Shown piece after piece: positions 29,457-38,105 of a stretch of DNA of 64,000 bases. Position 1 is the first letter of the stretch; every line of letters begins with the position of its first letter. The stretch lies in the NCBI GenBank assembly GCA_038849025.1, contig JAWCNE010000001.1, forward strand, positions 5,844-69,843. Reading direction: 5' to 3'. Under the pieces are notes generated by a model, which saw only the letters and a list, made by a program, of their open reading frames with translations, was not told the DNA's origin and searched no databases. The translations under genes were made by a program, and so were the position numbers. This DNA comes from Candidatus Bathyarchaeia archaeon (lineage in GTDB: Archaea > Thermoproteota > Bathyarchaeia > Bathyarchaeales > Bathycorpusculaceae).

Positions 29457-30371
29457 ATGCATTTAATAAATTTTAAGAATCTGTCCAGCCAGCAGCTTAT
29501 GGACATAATCGATAAGGCCATTGAAGTTAAGAAAAATCCTGAAAAATATAAGAAGGCTTTAGACGGCAAATCTTTGGCCATGATATTTCAGAAAACATCC
29601 ACGAGGACGAGGGTTTCCTTTGAAGTTGCCATGACCCAGCTTGGGGGACATGCGCTCTACATCGATTGGAGGACAACAAACTTTACCATAGCTGATGTCT
29701 ATGATGAAACACAGTATTTGTCACGGAACGTAGACTGCATAATGGCTAGGCTTCTGCGGAATGCCGATTTGCAGGTAATGGCCAATGCCTCACTGGTTCC
29801 GGTAATAAACGGGTGCGACGAGAAGTATCATCCAAGCCAAGCCATAGCCGACTTAATGACTATGAAGGAGAAGAAGGGTAAACTGAAGGACTTAAAACTT
29901 GTTTACATAGGCATTCACAACAACGTCTGTAATTCGTTGATTGAGGGATGCACAAAAACTGGAGTAAAAATAACAACGGTTACACCAATTTTTAACGAAC
30001 CCTCAAGGGATGATGAACTGCTGAAAAGCGCTGAAAAAAGCGGCTTATGGGAAAAAAGTTTAGACGTTGAGGAAGCCCTTAAAGATGCGGATTTCGTTTA
30101 CACAGACACATGGATTGACATGGAGTTCTTCTCGAATCCAAAATTCTCTGCGGAAAAAGAAAAACGCCTCAAAATTATGATGCCTTACCAAGTGAACAAA
30201 AAACTTCTAGGAAAAAGCGACGCCTACGTAATGCATGACATGCCAATCCATCGGGGATACGAGATAAGCGATGACATCATCGAAAGCCCCAATTCAATCA
30301 TATATGAGCAAAGCGAAAACCGCCTTTACTCAGCTAAAGCCATATTGCTGAAACTGCTTGAAAAATTCTAA
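29457..30371 (+). CDS. aspartate/ornithine carbamoyltransferase-family enzyme with non-canonical second-substrate motifs
   Basis: 304 aa. The carbamoyl-phosphate motifs STRTRVSFE and HPSQAIADL are present. The OTCase DxxxSMG motif is replaced by DTWIDMEFF, and HCLP is replaced by HDMP. Confidence 0.7.
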   Translation: MHLINFKNLSSQQLMDIIDKAIEVKKNPEKYKKALDGKSLAMIFQKTSTRTRVSFEVAMTQLGGHALYIDWRTTNFTIADVYDETQYLSRNVDCIMARLLRNADLQVMANASLVPVINGCDEKYHPSQAIADLMTMKEKKGKLKDLKLVYIGIHNNVCNSLIEGCTKTGVKITTVTPIFNEPSRDDELLKSAEKSGLWEKSLDVEEALKDADFVYTDTWIDMEFFSNPKFSAEKEKRLKIMMPYQVNKKLLGKSDAYVMHDMPIHRGYEISDDIIESPNSIIYEQSENRLYSAKAILLKLLEKF

Positions 30372-30688
30372 GTAAAATGTAATGAACGCGAGCATTGGTC
30401 ATGTGAGCTATTAAAGGGAAGTTCTCATCCACAAGGTCTTTTGAAAAGTTCAGAGGGTTCATTTTGAAATTTAAAATAGGAAGCCTCTCAAAACTATTTC
30501 CAAGCTTATTGTACAATGATCGTTCGTATACACATTAAATATAGTGACATTTTCGATAGGCAAAAGATTTATAAAAAAGAAAAATTCTCGGAAAAATTCA
30601 GAGGATAGAAACCGTATGCATAACCTCCCCAGCATCATGTTGCACAAAACATGCTTGCGAAGCTCGACGATAATGGTGGGTGTTCGCT

Positions 30689-31042
30689 ATGGGCATCCAC
30701 ATTATCGCCGAATTTCACGGGGTGGATCCCCAGAAGATTTCCAGAGTGGAAACTCTTCGGGTAGTTTTGGATAGGGTTGTTACTAAATCCGGCTTGCATG
30801 TTGTTTCTTCAAGTTTTCACCAGTTTGAACCTCAAGGGGTTTCTGCCATCTATCTTTTAACTGAATCCCATTTGAGCGTTCACACGTGGCCTGAATATGG
30901 TTACATGGCCTTAGATATTTTCACTTGTGGGGATGATGGTTCAGCTTTGAAGGCTTTTCAGCTGATGTTGGAGGAGTTTCAACCTAAAAACGTCAAGAAA
31001 AGGGTGATTAGGAGGGAAGTCCTTGGAGAGAGTAAAGGCTAA
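30689..31042 (+). CDS. speH: S-adenosylmethionine decarboxylase proenzyme (pyruvoyl, small archaeal/bacterial type)
   Basis: Begins MGIHIIAEFHGVD and carries the self-cleavage site in LTESHLSVHTWPE. The ATG at 30689 is preferred over the GTG at 30680. Confidence 0.85.
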   Translation: MGIHIIAEFHGVDPQKISRVETLRVVLDRVVTKSGLHVVSSSFHQFEPQGVSAIYLLTESHLSVHTWPEYGYMALDIFTCGDDGSALKAFQLMLEEFQPKNVKKRVIRREVLGESKG

Positions 31043-32090
31043 AATCTTTCATGAACTTGCAGTTTCAAAGAAAACTATTTGGGAGCTCCTCGAGAAGACT
31101 AATTGCTCCCTTAAAGACTTTGTTGCAGCCTTAAAAGAACTTCATGGAAAAGGCTTGCTTGCTGCCGATGAAAATGGTTTCTACCTAACGGAGAGGGGTA
31201 AAAGCGAAGTTAACCCTAAAAGCTTAGATTTTGGAGTAGAACTCTGTCCCACATGCCTAGGCAAGCGCTTTATTCCAGAGGGAAAATTCAAGGAAATTAT
31301 GGAAGAGTTTAGGCGTATAACTGCTAAGAGACCTAGTCCAACCCTCGAGTTTTTCCAAGGTTATATGCTTGAACAAGATGTCGTTGCAAGGGTTGCTCTA
31401 ATGCATAATTATGGCGATTTGAATGGCAAAAGCATCGTTTTAATAGGCGACGACGACCTGCTAAGCATTGCCTTAGCCATAACAGGGCTTGCTTCACGCA
31501 TTACAGTTTTAGATATTGACGAAAGATTAGGCAACTTCATAAAAAATGTCAACAAAGACTATAGTTTTAACATTGAATATATTCATTACAATGTTGCTAA
31601 CCCGCTGCCCAAAGACCTTCGCGGTATGTTTGATGTTTTTTCTTCAGAACCTCTCGAAACATTGTCCGGTTTAAGGGCTTTTATAACGCGAGGCGCGGCA
31701 TGCCTAAAAGAGAACGGAGTTGGATATTTTGGTTTGACCCTCTATGAGGCGTCGCTAAAGAAATGGTTGGCGGTGCAAAAACTCCTAGCACGAATGAACT
31801 GCGTAATCACAGATATTATCCAAGGATTCTCGGCCTATCCAATGGATTATGGCACCGCAAACTACGAAATGTTTGTACACAGCTTGGGCTTTGCGGTTGA
31901 TAAAAACCCAGGCATAAACTGGTATAAATCCGCCCTTTTCAGGTTCGAAGCCCTTGGCAAGGCAAAACTTTCTTCGGATCCGGACAAGAAGTTAAGAATA
32001 AGATTCATAGATCCATACGAGGACTTGACCCATCCGATTCTGCACCGTGAAATTCTCAAGAAGTTGAACGATAAAGGGGCGCCGCTATAG
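31023..32090 (+). CDS. bpsA: N4-bis(aminopropyl)spermidine synthase (branched-chain polyamine synthase, DUF43 family)
   Basis: 355 aa with an N-terminal wHTH. VARVALMHNYGDLNGKSIVLIGDDDLLSIALA, VLDIDERL, GYFGLT, VITDII and NWYKS are collinear with Thermococcus BpsA as recalled. The TTG start overlaps speH by 20 nt. Confidence 0.8.
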   Translation: MERVKAKIFHELAVSKKTIWELLEKTNCSLKDFVAALKELHGKGLLAADENGFYLTERGKSEVNPKSLDFGVELCPTCLGKRFIPEGKFKEIMEEFRRITAKRPSPTLEFFQGYMLEQDVVARVALMHNYGDLNGKSIVLIGDDDLLSIALAITGLASRITVLDIDERLGNFIKNVNKDYSFNIEYIHYNVANPLPKDLRGMFDVFSSEPLETLSGLRAFITRGAACLKENGVGYFGLTLYEASLKKWLAVQKLLARMNCVITDIIQGFSAYPMDYGTANYEMFVHSLGFAVDKNPGINWYKSALFRFEALGKAKLSSDPDKKLRIRFIDPYEDLTHPILHREILKKLNDKGAPL

Positions 32091-32123
32091 TCGCGTTCGG
32101 CATCACTTTAGGATAGTGATTGC

Positions 32124-32633
32124 ATGTCAGCAAATAAAGAGAAACTTTCAGACATCGCTCTTGCAAATGCTAAGATTCGGCAAGCCAGCGAAGAGGATTT
32201 ACAACAAATTGTTAAATTATCAGAGAAGCTTGGAAAAGATGAAAGCGCTATGGACTCTATGATGTCGCCTCTGCCCAGCGAGTTCCAAAATCCAAACTGG
32301 ATTCTTAAGAACATCAGGGGTGAAAACACCATTATTTTTGTTGCTGAGATTGGCGGAAAAATTGTTGGCTACTCGCTTGGCTGGGTTAGCCAGCCTTGGG
32401 CTTACAAAGGCAAGAGAGGTTATATCTGCGACTGTTTCGTCGAAAAATCATATAGAAAGCGTGGCATAGGCAAAGCCCTAATTGAGGCCATGATTAACTG
32501 GTTCTTCAAAAAGGGCGTAGAATGCGTAGAAGTTGATGTTTATTCCGCCAATATTCCATCTTTAAGGTTATTCAAAAAATTAGGCTTTGAAGAAGTATTC
32601 AAAAGGCTACGCTTAACGGTAAAAAAGCCTTAA
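32124..32633 (+). CDS. GNAT-family N-acetyltransferase
   Basis: 169 aa with the acetyl-CoA-binding motif YRKRGIGKALIEA and a GNAT beta-bulge region. It lies 34 nt downstream of bpsA. Confidence 0.8.
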   Translation: MSANKEKLSDIALANAKIRQASEEDLQQIVKLSEKLGKDESAMDSMMSPLPSEFQNPNWILKNIRGENTIIFVAEIGGKIVGYSLGWVSQPWAYKGKRGYICDCFVEKSYRKRGIGKALIEAMINWFFKKGVECVEVDVYSANIPSLRLFKKLGFEEVFKRLRLTVKKP

Positions 32634-32637
32634 CGCC

Positions 32638-33543
32638 TCATTTAAGTATCATATCCACAAACTTTTCAGGGTCAAACCCTTCTAAATCATCATATTCCTG
32701 TCCAGTTCCAACGAACAAAATGGGTTTATTCGTAATATATGTTACGCTTAGGGCTGAGCCGCCCTTGACATCTGCGTCAACTTTAGTCAGTATTGTGGCG
32801 TCTATGCCTACACTTTTGTGAAACTCTTCGGCTTGCATAACTGCATCGTTTCCAGTTAAAGAGTCAACCGTTAAAATTGTCAAGTCGGGATTTATTATGC
32901 GCTTGATTTTTGCAAGCTCGTTCATCAAATTTCTGTTTGTCTGCATTCTCCCCGCAGTGTCTATCAAAACCACATGTATTCCGTGAGCCTTGGCATGATT
33001 TATGGCATCGTAGGCCACTGCCGCGGGATCAGCACCATACTTATGCTTTATCATCCGTACACCTATACGCTTTGCATGCGTTTCTAACTGTTCAATTGAA
33101 CCCGCTCGGTAAGTGTCGCTGCACGCAAGCACAACTGTATAGCCTTTACTATTCAAGAGTCTAGCGACTTTGGCTATTGTGGTTGTCTTTCCAGTTCCAT
33201 TTATTCCGACAAATACTATCACAAAAGGTTCATTCTTTTTCCGTTTTTCTTCCACAGCCTTAAAAAAGTCTATTTTGTTTTTTGTGAGCATAACTTCCAA
33301 AAGCACTTCTCGAAGATTTTTCTCCACAATTTTCCTTCGATCTTCAAGCCGTTTAACCTGAACTCCGTTTAGGCGTTTTTCCATTTCATCACATATGCGC
33401 TCTGCCACTGGGACGGCTACATCATTCTCTATGAGACTTAGCTTAAATTCCGAAAGGATCGGGCGAAGGTTTTCGGCTTTAAGCTCCGTCGTTACGATTT
33501 GGTTTATGAGTCCCCTTAAACCAGATTTCAGTTTCTCAAACAT
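32638..33543 (-). CDS. ftsY: signal recognition particle receptor FtsY
   Basis: The NG domain carries GINGTGKTTTIAKVA, DTAGR and TKVD. The ATG at 33543 (MFEKLKSGL) is preferred; it overlaps the pfdA stop by 8 nt. Confidence 0.9.
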   Translation of the reverse strand: MFEKLKSGLRGLINQIVTTELKAENLRPILSEFKLSLIENDVAVPVAERICDEMEKRLNGVQVKRLEDRRKIVEKNLREVLLEVMLTKNKIDFFKAVEEKRKKNEPFVIVFVGINGTGKTTTIAKVARLLNSKGYTVVLACSDTYRAGSIEQLETHAKRIGVRMIKHKYGADPAAVAYDAINHAKAHGIHVVLIDTAGRMQTNRNLMNELAKIKRIINPDLTILTVDSLTGNDAVMQAEEFHKSVGIDATILTKVDADVKGGSALSVTYITNKPILFVGTGQEYDDLEGFDPEKFVDMILK

Positions 33544-33982
33544 TCTTAGGAGGGGTCTCCTTTCTAAACTCGGCTGCCAATTCCTCAAATTTCTCTCTAT
33601 CTTCGTTGATTCTTTCTATAATTTGTGAGAATTGCTGTTGGAGCGATGCTCTTGTTTTTCCCAACTCCTCAAGTCGCTTATTTATTATGTCCTTTGCTTC
33701 CTGTAGGGTTTTTTCAATGGAAACACCGGCGCCTATTCCAACAGTAACCTTGTCAGGGTTTTCAAGTTTCGCTTTTATGTAGGAACCGCCTCCTATTGGA
33801 ACTAGAAGTTCTGCGTTTTCCTTCTGCTTTTCCAGTCCCTCCAAAGTCATAGTTGCATAGGTTAAGTCAGCTATCATTGTGTTCACCATGTTTATTCTTG
33901 AGTTCAAGGTTTCGGCCGTCTGTTCAAGAATGCGTATTTCAACGCTTATCCGTCTAAGCTCTTCCTCAACTTTGCCCGCCAA
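33536..33982 (-). CDS. pfdA: prefoldin alpha subunit
   Basis: 148 aa with a coiled coil, two beta hairpins and a second coiled coil (VPIGGGSYIKAKL, GIGAGVSIE). TTG start. It sits in the conserved LX-pfdA-ftsY context. Confidence 0.85.
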   Translation of the reverse strand: MAGKVEEELRRISVEIRILEQTAETLNSRINMVNTMIADLTYATMTLEGLEKQKENAELLVPIGGGSYIKAKLENPDKVTVGIGAGVSIEKTLQEAKDIINKRLEELGKTRASLQQQFSQIIERINEDREKFEELAAEFRKETPPKNV

Positions 33983-34223
33983 TTTTCTCTTCTCCAGCTA
34001 TTAATTTTCTTATCAAAGGATTTTCAATTTCTTGAAGCGAGATTTCTTCAACTTTGCCTATTTTTATTTGAAACCTTTTAACACGATGTCTGCTGCCTAG
34101 TTCTGTATAGACCTTTTCTACTGCTTGTTCGGGTTTTAATGCTATGACCTCTTTTCTGAAACGTGTTTCAAGGTTTGGTTTTCGAATTTCTCCCGTGACT
34201 CTGAAAACTTTCAATTCACCCAT
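33966..34223 (-). CDS. rplX: 50S ribosomal protein LX (L18Ae/L20e)
   Basis: About 85 aa, with MGELKVFRVTGEI...RFRKEV.A..PEQAVEKVYTELGSRH typical of LX. It lies between aIF6 and prefoldin. Confidence 0.8.
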   Translation of the reverse strand: MGELKVFRVTGEIRKPNLETRFRKEVIALKPEQAVEKVYTELGSRHRVKRFQIKIGKVEEISLQEIENPLIRKLIAGEEKIGGQS

Positions 34224-34896
34224 CTTCCTCAACTACACCCAAAGCATGTCCAATTATAAACATTTCTGGACCAGTTGTCAAGGAACCAGCAACCGCTGCG
34301 TGACTATTACCGATTAATCCTGTTCCCACGTAGGGTATTCCACAGTTAACCGTGCACACTTCAACTGGAACTTTAAGAACGTCCTCTAAGAGTTTGCGTT
34401 CAGAATCCTTTAACATTGGATGAGCTAAAACTCCCTTGTTTGTTGCAACTGCCAAAGAACCTACGTATGGCAACTGGGCAATTTCGCCTGGAACAGCCTC
34501 GACGCTAAGCGTCTCTGAAATTTTCTTAATTTCCGACGCTTTAAGTCTTGGATCCACAACTGCGCCATAGTCATTTGCCAAAACCATATTTCCAAACGCT
34601 GTTTTCTTAGTTTCCATTATGGTTATATTTCCGTCGAAGGCGGATTTTATAGCTTCAACTTCTTCGTCTCTTACAAAGTGAGGGAGCAAAATCCCATTAG
34701 AGTTTGCACATGCAAGGGCGCCAACCAGAATTGAACCGCCTATAGTTGAATATATAAGCCTTACTTTCAGCCAGTTTCCAATCCTCTCAGCTTTTTTAAT
34801 TGAGACGAACTTGGGAACTATAACAATTTTTTCGGTTGCTAAGGAATATACGCCTATGCTTGCACTTCCAAAAAGACTTGTGAGGTAGATTGCCAA
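34216..34896 (-). CDS. eif6: translation initiation factor 6 (aIF6)
   Basis: 226 aa with a five-fold pseudo-repeat and recurring G...(A/V)...N..G.L(V/L)P motifs (SNGILLPHF, NDYGAVVDP, NKGVLAHP, GNSHAAVAG). Confidence 0.9.
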   Translation of the reverse strand: MAIYLTSLFGSASIGVYSLATEKIVIVPKFVSIKKAERIGNWLKVRLIYSTIGGSILVGALACANSNGILLPHFVRDEEVEAIKSAFDGNITIMETKKTAFGNMVLANDYGAVVDPRLKASEIKKISETLSVEAVPGEIAQLPYVGSLAVATNKGVLAHPMLKDSERKLLEDVLKVPVEVCTVNCGIPYVGTGLIGNSHAAVAGSLTTGPEMFIIGHALGVVEEDG

Positions 34897-34898
34897 AC

Positions 34899-35378
34899 TC
34901 AGTCTCCTTCAGCCAAATAAACTGTGACGTTACCATCCTTGTCTTTTGCGGCTCTTATGCGGATTTTCCGCGGAGGCTTCTCTATGCCTCTACTCCAAAC
35001 TTTTTCATTAACCTCGTTGCTCACAATGAGCCTTCGAGGCTCGCTTTCCTCATCGCCTTCTTCTCGGGCTTCCAGTTTCATATGTCTCTTAACAAAATCC
35101 TTTATTATCCTCATGGCTTTAGGAGCCCTCTTATTTGGGGGCATAAGCCAAGCTTTTCCCAAGGAAATTGTATAAAATCTTTCCTCAACAATTTCTTCTT
35201 CAACCTCTTCTTCTGGCTTAGGCTTGGCTTCTTCACCTTTTTCAGCCTCTTCCTCTAATGTTTCTTCTGCCGCTTCTTTAACTTCTAAAGGTTCTTCTTC
35301 AGCCTCTTCAGTTTTTTCCACTTGCTCACGTGCCTCTTCCGTTTCCGTCTCATTTACTTCTTTTTCCATATTTTTCAC
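34899..35378 (-). CDS. rpl31e: 50S ribosomal protein L31e with an approximately 64-aa acidic N-terminal extension
   Basis: The C-terminal 95 aa (ERFYTISLGKAW...KRAPKAMRIIKDFVKRHMK...IRIRAAKD) is canonical L31e. The preceding Glu-rich segment has no in-frame ATG, GTG or TTG near the core. Confidence 0.85.
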   Translation of the reverse strand: MKNMEKEVNETETEEAREQVEKTEEAEEEPLEVKEAAEETLEEEAEKGEEAKPKPEEEVEEEIVEERFYTISLGKAWLMPPNKRAPKAMRIIKDFVKRHMKLEAREEGDEESEPRRLIVSNEVNEKVWSRGIEKPPRKIRIRAAKDKDGNVTVYLAEGD

Positions 35379-35379
35379 C

Positions 35380-35535
35380 TTAAGCTTTTATTTTCCGCGT
35401 TCTCCATTGGCGTCTCTTAGGGTGTGCTCTAAACTTACCAGCTGTTTTAGCTATAACCCACGTTGGAACCGCCTTTTTCTGTTTACCAGCCTTTGCCAGT
35501 CTTCTCTTCTTAGCTGTGGGTTTATTTCGCGCCAT
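35380..35535 (-). CDS. rpl39e: 50S ribosomal protein L39e
   Basis: A hand-translated 51-aa ORF below the ORF-track cutoff: [51 protein letters not shown]. This is the canonical L39e pattern. Confidence 0.9.
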   Translation of the reverse strand: MARNKPTAKKRRLAKAGKQKKAVPTWVIAKTAGKFRAHPKRRQWRTRKIKA

Positions 35536-35537
35536 CC

Positions 35538-35876
35538 TCATATCCTTCTTATTTTTGTTTCACGCCTTTGGGATTGCAGATGAATCAATATTTGTTTAAG
35601 CTGCTCATCCGTTAAGGGTATCGGCAATTTTCCGCTCTGGGCAAGCTGGATAAGCTGCAGCTCAAGCTGAGCGGTGAACTCGGGCTTAACCAGTTTTAGG
35701 TTTGAAAGTCTCTGTCTGGCTTCAGAGGTTAATATGCTTTTCAGTATCGCTTGTTTTTGCATTTCGATTTGCTGTTCCATCTGAGCCTTCCGTTGTTCTT
35801 CAGCTATTCTCCGTTGCAACGCCAAAAGTTTTCTTTGGCGCAGTTCTTCAAGTTCTTCCTCAGACATTTTACACAC
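35538..35876 (-). CDS. PDCD5/TFAR19-like double-stranded DNA-binding protein
   Basis: 112 aa. [39 protein letters not shown] is the conserved core of this family. It sits in the conserved position between S19e and L39e. Confidence 0.8.
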   Translation of the reverse strand: MCKMSEEELEELRQRKLLALQRRIAEEQRKAQMEQQIEMQKQAILKSILTSEARQRLSNLKLVKPEFTAQLELQLIQLAQSGKLPIPLTDEQLKQILIHLQSQRRETKIRRI

Positions 35877-36336
35877 CCCGCTGGTATTTCTCCAGCTCCG
35901 GATTTTCTTTCAGCAAGTCATTCTTAACTTCTCCAGCTATCTCTTCCAGAAGCTTTCTTCCTTCCCTAGTTATTCTTCTTCCCTTATTCTGAAACCTTTC
36001 AATTAACCCCGCGGCTTCAAGCTGCTGCAAAGCCTCTCTTATCACTGCACCGCCAGCCTTTACATGGTGTTCCGGTCTAACCCCATAGTCTTTCCTCCCT
36101 CCGTATTTGGCGCGCAGTGTTTCAATGCCCACTGGTCCATGAATGTAGATCTTCCGGAGCAGTGAAGCGCAGCGGATATACCACCAATCCGGGTTCTCGG
36201 GAGGTTTTTGAACATGAGCCCCTGTTTTTGCAAAATTTGCCCATGGGGGAGGCGTCACTTCATCTACATTTTCCTTTAGATAGTTGGCTAGTTTTCGAAG
36301 GAACTCGTGTACTGGAACATCGTTTGGGGTTGGCAA
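35869..36336 (-). CDS. rps19e: 30S ribosomal protein S19e
   Basis: 155 aa with [35 protein letters not shown] and [13 protein letters not shown]. Confidence 0.9.
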   Translation of the reverse strand: MPTPNDVPVHEFLRKLANYLKENVDEVTPPPWANFAKTGAHVQKPPENPDWWYIRCASLLRKIYIHGPVGIETLRAKYGGRKDYGVRPEHHVKAGGAVIREALQQLEAAGLIERFQNKGRRITREGRKLLEEIAGEVKNDLLKENPELEKYQRGV

Positions 36337-36393
36337 ATCTATTCTTTCCTCTCGTTTTCTTTCAGTAATTCATCAAGCCCAATATAAAGGCTT

Positions 36394-36687
36394 TCACTTT
36401 TTTAAGCCTCTTTGTCGACGTTTGTAAAGCATAAAGGTATGCCCTCTAACTTCAACCAAAGTTGCCTCTGTCTGTTCAGCAATGGCGGAAGCTATTTCGC
36501 TGGCTTTGGCTTCCCCTAAGGCGCTTTTCAAAATTTTAATTTTCACGACTTCTCTTTTCTCCAACTGCTTTTCAATCTCTTTTAATAATTCTTGTGAAAC
36601 TTGCTTTTTGCCAACCCAAATTGTGGGATTTTCCTCGCTTAATTTTCTTTTAATACGGCGTTTCGCCGCAGCAGTAATCTTACTCAA
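36394..36687 (-). CDS. YhbY-like CRM-domain RNA-binding protein
   Basis: 97 aa with PTIWVGKKQVSQELLKEIEKQLEKREVVKIKIL and RGHTFMLYK, the CRS1/YhbY fold signature. Confidence 0.8.
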   Translation of the reverse strand: MSKITAAAKRRIKRKLSEENPTIWVGKKQVSQELLKEIEKQLEKREVVKIKILKSALGEAKASEIASAIAEQTEATLVEVRGHTFMLYKRRQRGLKK

Positions 36688-36693
36688 GGACTT

Positions 36694-37005
36694 TCACCTC
36701 TTCTTCTCCAACGGTATTCTCATGGGTTTACCACACTTCAAACATGTAACCACAATGTGAGATTCCCTTCGCGGTTTAATGCGAACGCGGCAGCTAACAC
36801 CGGGTAAAATGAAGCTCTTGCAGTGACGGCAAACCTGGCGTCTATACTCCTTTGGCAATCGAATTTTGGCTGCCATGGCTATCCTGCGAGCTATATCAAC
36901 ATAACGCTGAGCTAAATTGGAATCTTTATGATAAGTTTCTCTCGCTAAAAGGAAAAGCGTTTGAATACGTTGCCTAGCTATGCGCTTGATAACAGCGTCC
37001 ATCAT
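36694..37005 (-). CDS. rnp4: ribonuclease P protein component 4 (Rpp21/Rpr2)
   Basis: 103 aa with N-terminal helices (RIARQRIQTLFLLA) and a Zn ribbon (CRHCKSFILPG...RVRI...VVTCLKCG). Confidence 0.85.
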   Translation of the reverse strand: MMDAVIKRIARQRIQTLFLLARETYHKDSNLAQRYVDIARRIAMAAKIRLPKEYRRQVCRHCKSFILPGVSCRVRIKPRRESHIVVTCLKCGKPMRIPLEKKR

Positions 37006-37206
37006 TTAACTAGCTCCACCCTAAAAAACGCTTTTCCAATTATAAAGTTAGCTCCAAAACTGTGGTAATCTCTGTTGCGCGCATCCACTTGACTTATACT
37101 GAATAATTTCCGTTAACGATGATTAAAATAATAGCCATTCTTTAAGCACAAGATACAAATAACTTTTCGATTTAAGTTAGAGATTTAAGCGGGGTGAAAT
37201 ATAAAA

Positions 37207-37767
37207 ATGCCTGCGAAACGAATTGCGATTTTAGGCTTTGCGGGAAGCTTGAGAAAGGAGTCGTACAATAAAGCGTTGTTACGCGCTGCCGTTGAACTGA
37301 TGCCAGCGGATGCCATACTAGAAATTTTTGATATCGATGGAATTCCGCTTTTTAATCAAGATTTGGAAGGTGAAATGCCCGTTAAGGTTAAAGAATTTAA
37401 AGAAAAGATAAGGTTAGCAGATGCCCTTCTTGTAGCGACTCCAGAATATAATTATTCTTTTCCAGGAGTTTTGAAGAATGCTATTGACTGGGCTTCTAGG
37501 CCGCCTGGAGATAACTCTTTTGAAGGAAAGCCTGTTGCTATAATGAGTGCTTCTACTGGAATGTTGGGAGGCGCTCGTGCTCAGTATCAGCTTAGGCAGG
37601 TCTTTGTAAGCTTAAACATGTATCCGGTTAATCGACCAGAGGTAATGGTGCCCTTGGTCGGAGAAAAGTTCGACGATAAAGGCAGACTAATTGACGGGAA
37701 AACGCGAATGAGAATTCGAGAATTGCTAGAAAGTTTAGTTGCTTGGACAAGAAAAATAAAGGGATGA
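37207..37767 (+). CDS. NAD(P)H-dependent FMN reductase family oxidoreductase
   Basis: 186 aa with ILGFAGSLRKESYN, ATPEYNYSFPGVLKNAIDW and GKPVAIMSAS, the flavodoxin-like FMN_red fold. Confidence 0.8.
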   Translation: MPAKRIAILGFAGSLRKESYNKALLRAAVELMPADAILEIFDIDGIPLFNQDLEGEMPVKVKEFKEKIRLADALLVATPEYNYSFPGVLKNAIDWASRPPGDNSFEGKPVAIMSASTGMLGGARAQYQLRQVFVSLNMYPVNRPEVMVPLVGEKFDDKGRLIDGKTRMRIRELLESLVAWTRKIKG

Positions 37768-37839
37768 AAAAGAAAACGAAGATTTTAAGCAATGTTTTTA
37801 TTCTTTAGTTCTATTTTTATTTTTATTGAGGAAGTTTTT

Positions 37840-38076
37840 ATGGAAAAAAAGCCTAACAGAATATTGGATTGTTTGGGACTGTATTGTCCAGAACCTGTTT
37901 TTAGAACAAGAATAGAGTTGGACAAGATGGAAGTTGGCGAGATTCTCGAAGTCTTAGCAGATGACCCCGCTGCAGAAGAAGACATCCGAAGCCTTGTCAA
38001 AAATTTAGGACAAGAAATTCTAGAAGTGACAAGAACTGAGCACACGGTTAAAATTTTAATTAAAAAAGTTAAATAA
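37840..38076 (+). CDS. tusA: TusA/SirA-family sulfur carrier protein
   Basis: 78 aa from the ATG at 37840. The active-site CPxP motif is in LDCLGLYCPEPVFRTR. The ORF-track start at 37792 adds an implausible hydrophobic leader. Confidence 0.8.
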   Translation: MEKKPNRILDCLGLYCPEPVFRTRIELDKMEVGEILEVLADDPAAEEDIRSLVKNLGQEILEVTRTEHTVKILIKKVK

Positions 38077-38105
38077 AGTAAAGGTAATATTTCGGAGGTG
38101 AAAGC

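Noticed and set aside
30372-30688. The approximately 300-nt gene-free stretch upstream of speH was considered as a possible ncRNA, riboswitch or small ORF. It contains the ORFs 30334-30516 (minus) and 30544-30774 (plus), and an imperfect hairpin AGCAT(CAT)GTT...AACATGCT at about 30631-30655.
   Set aside because: The sequence is AT-rich with no extended helices, and the hairpin has only 8 bp with a 3-nt bulge. The two ORFs overlap real genes and have no motifs. I cannot support an RNA gene without covariation or expression data.
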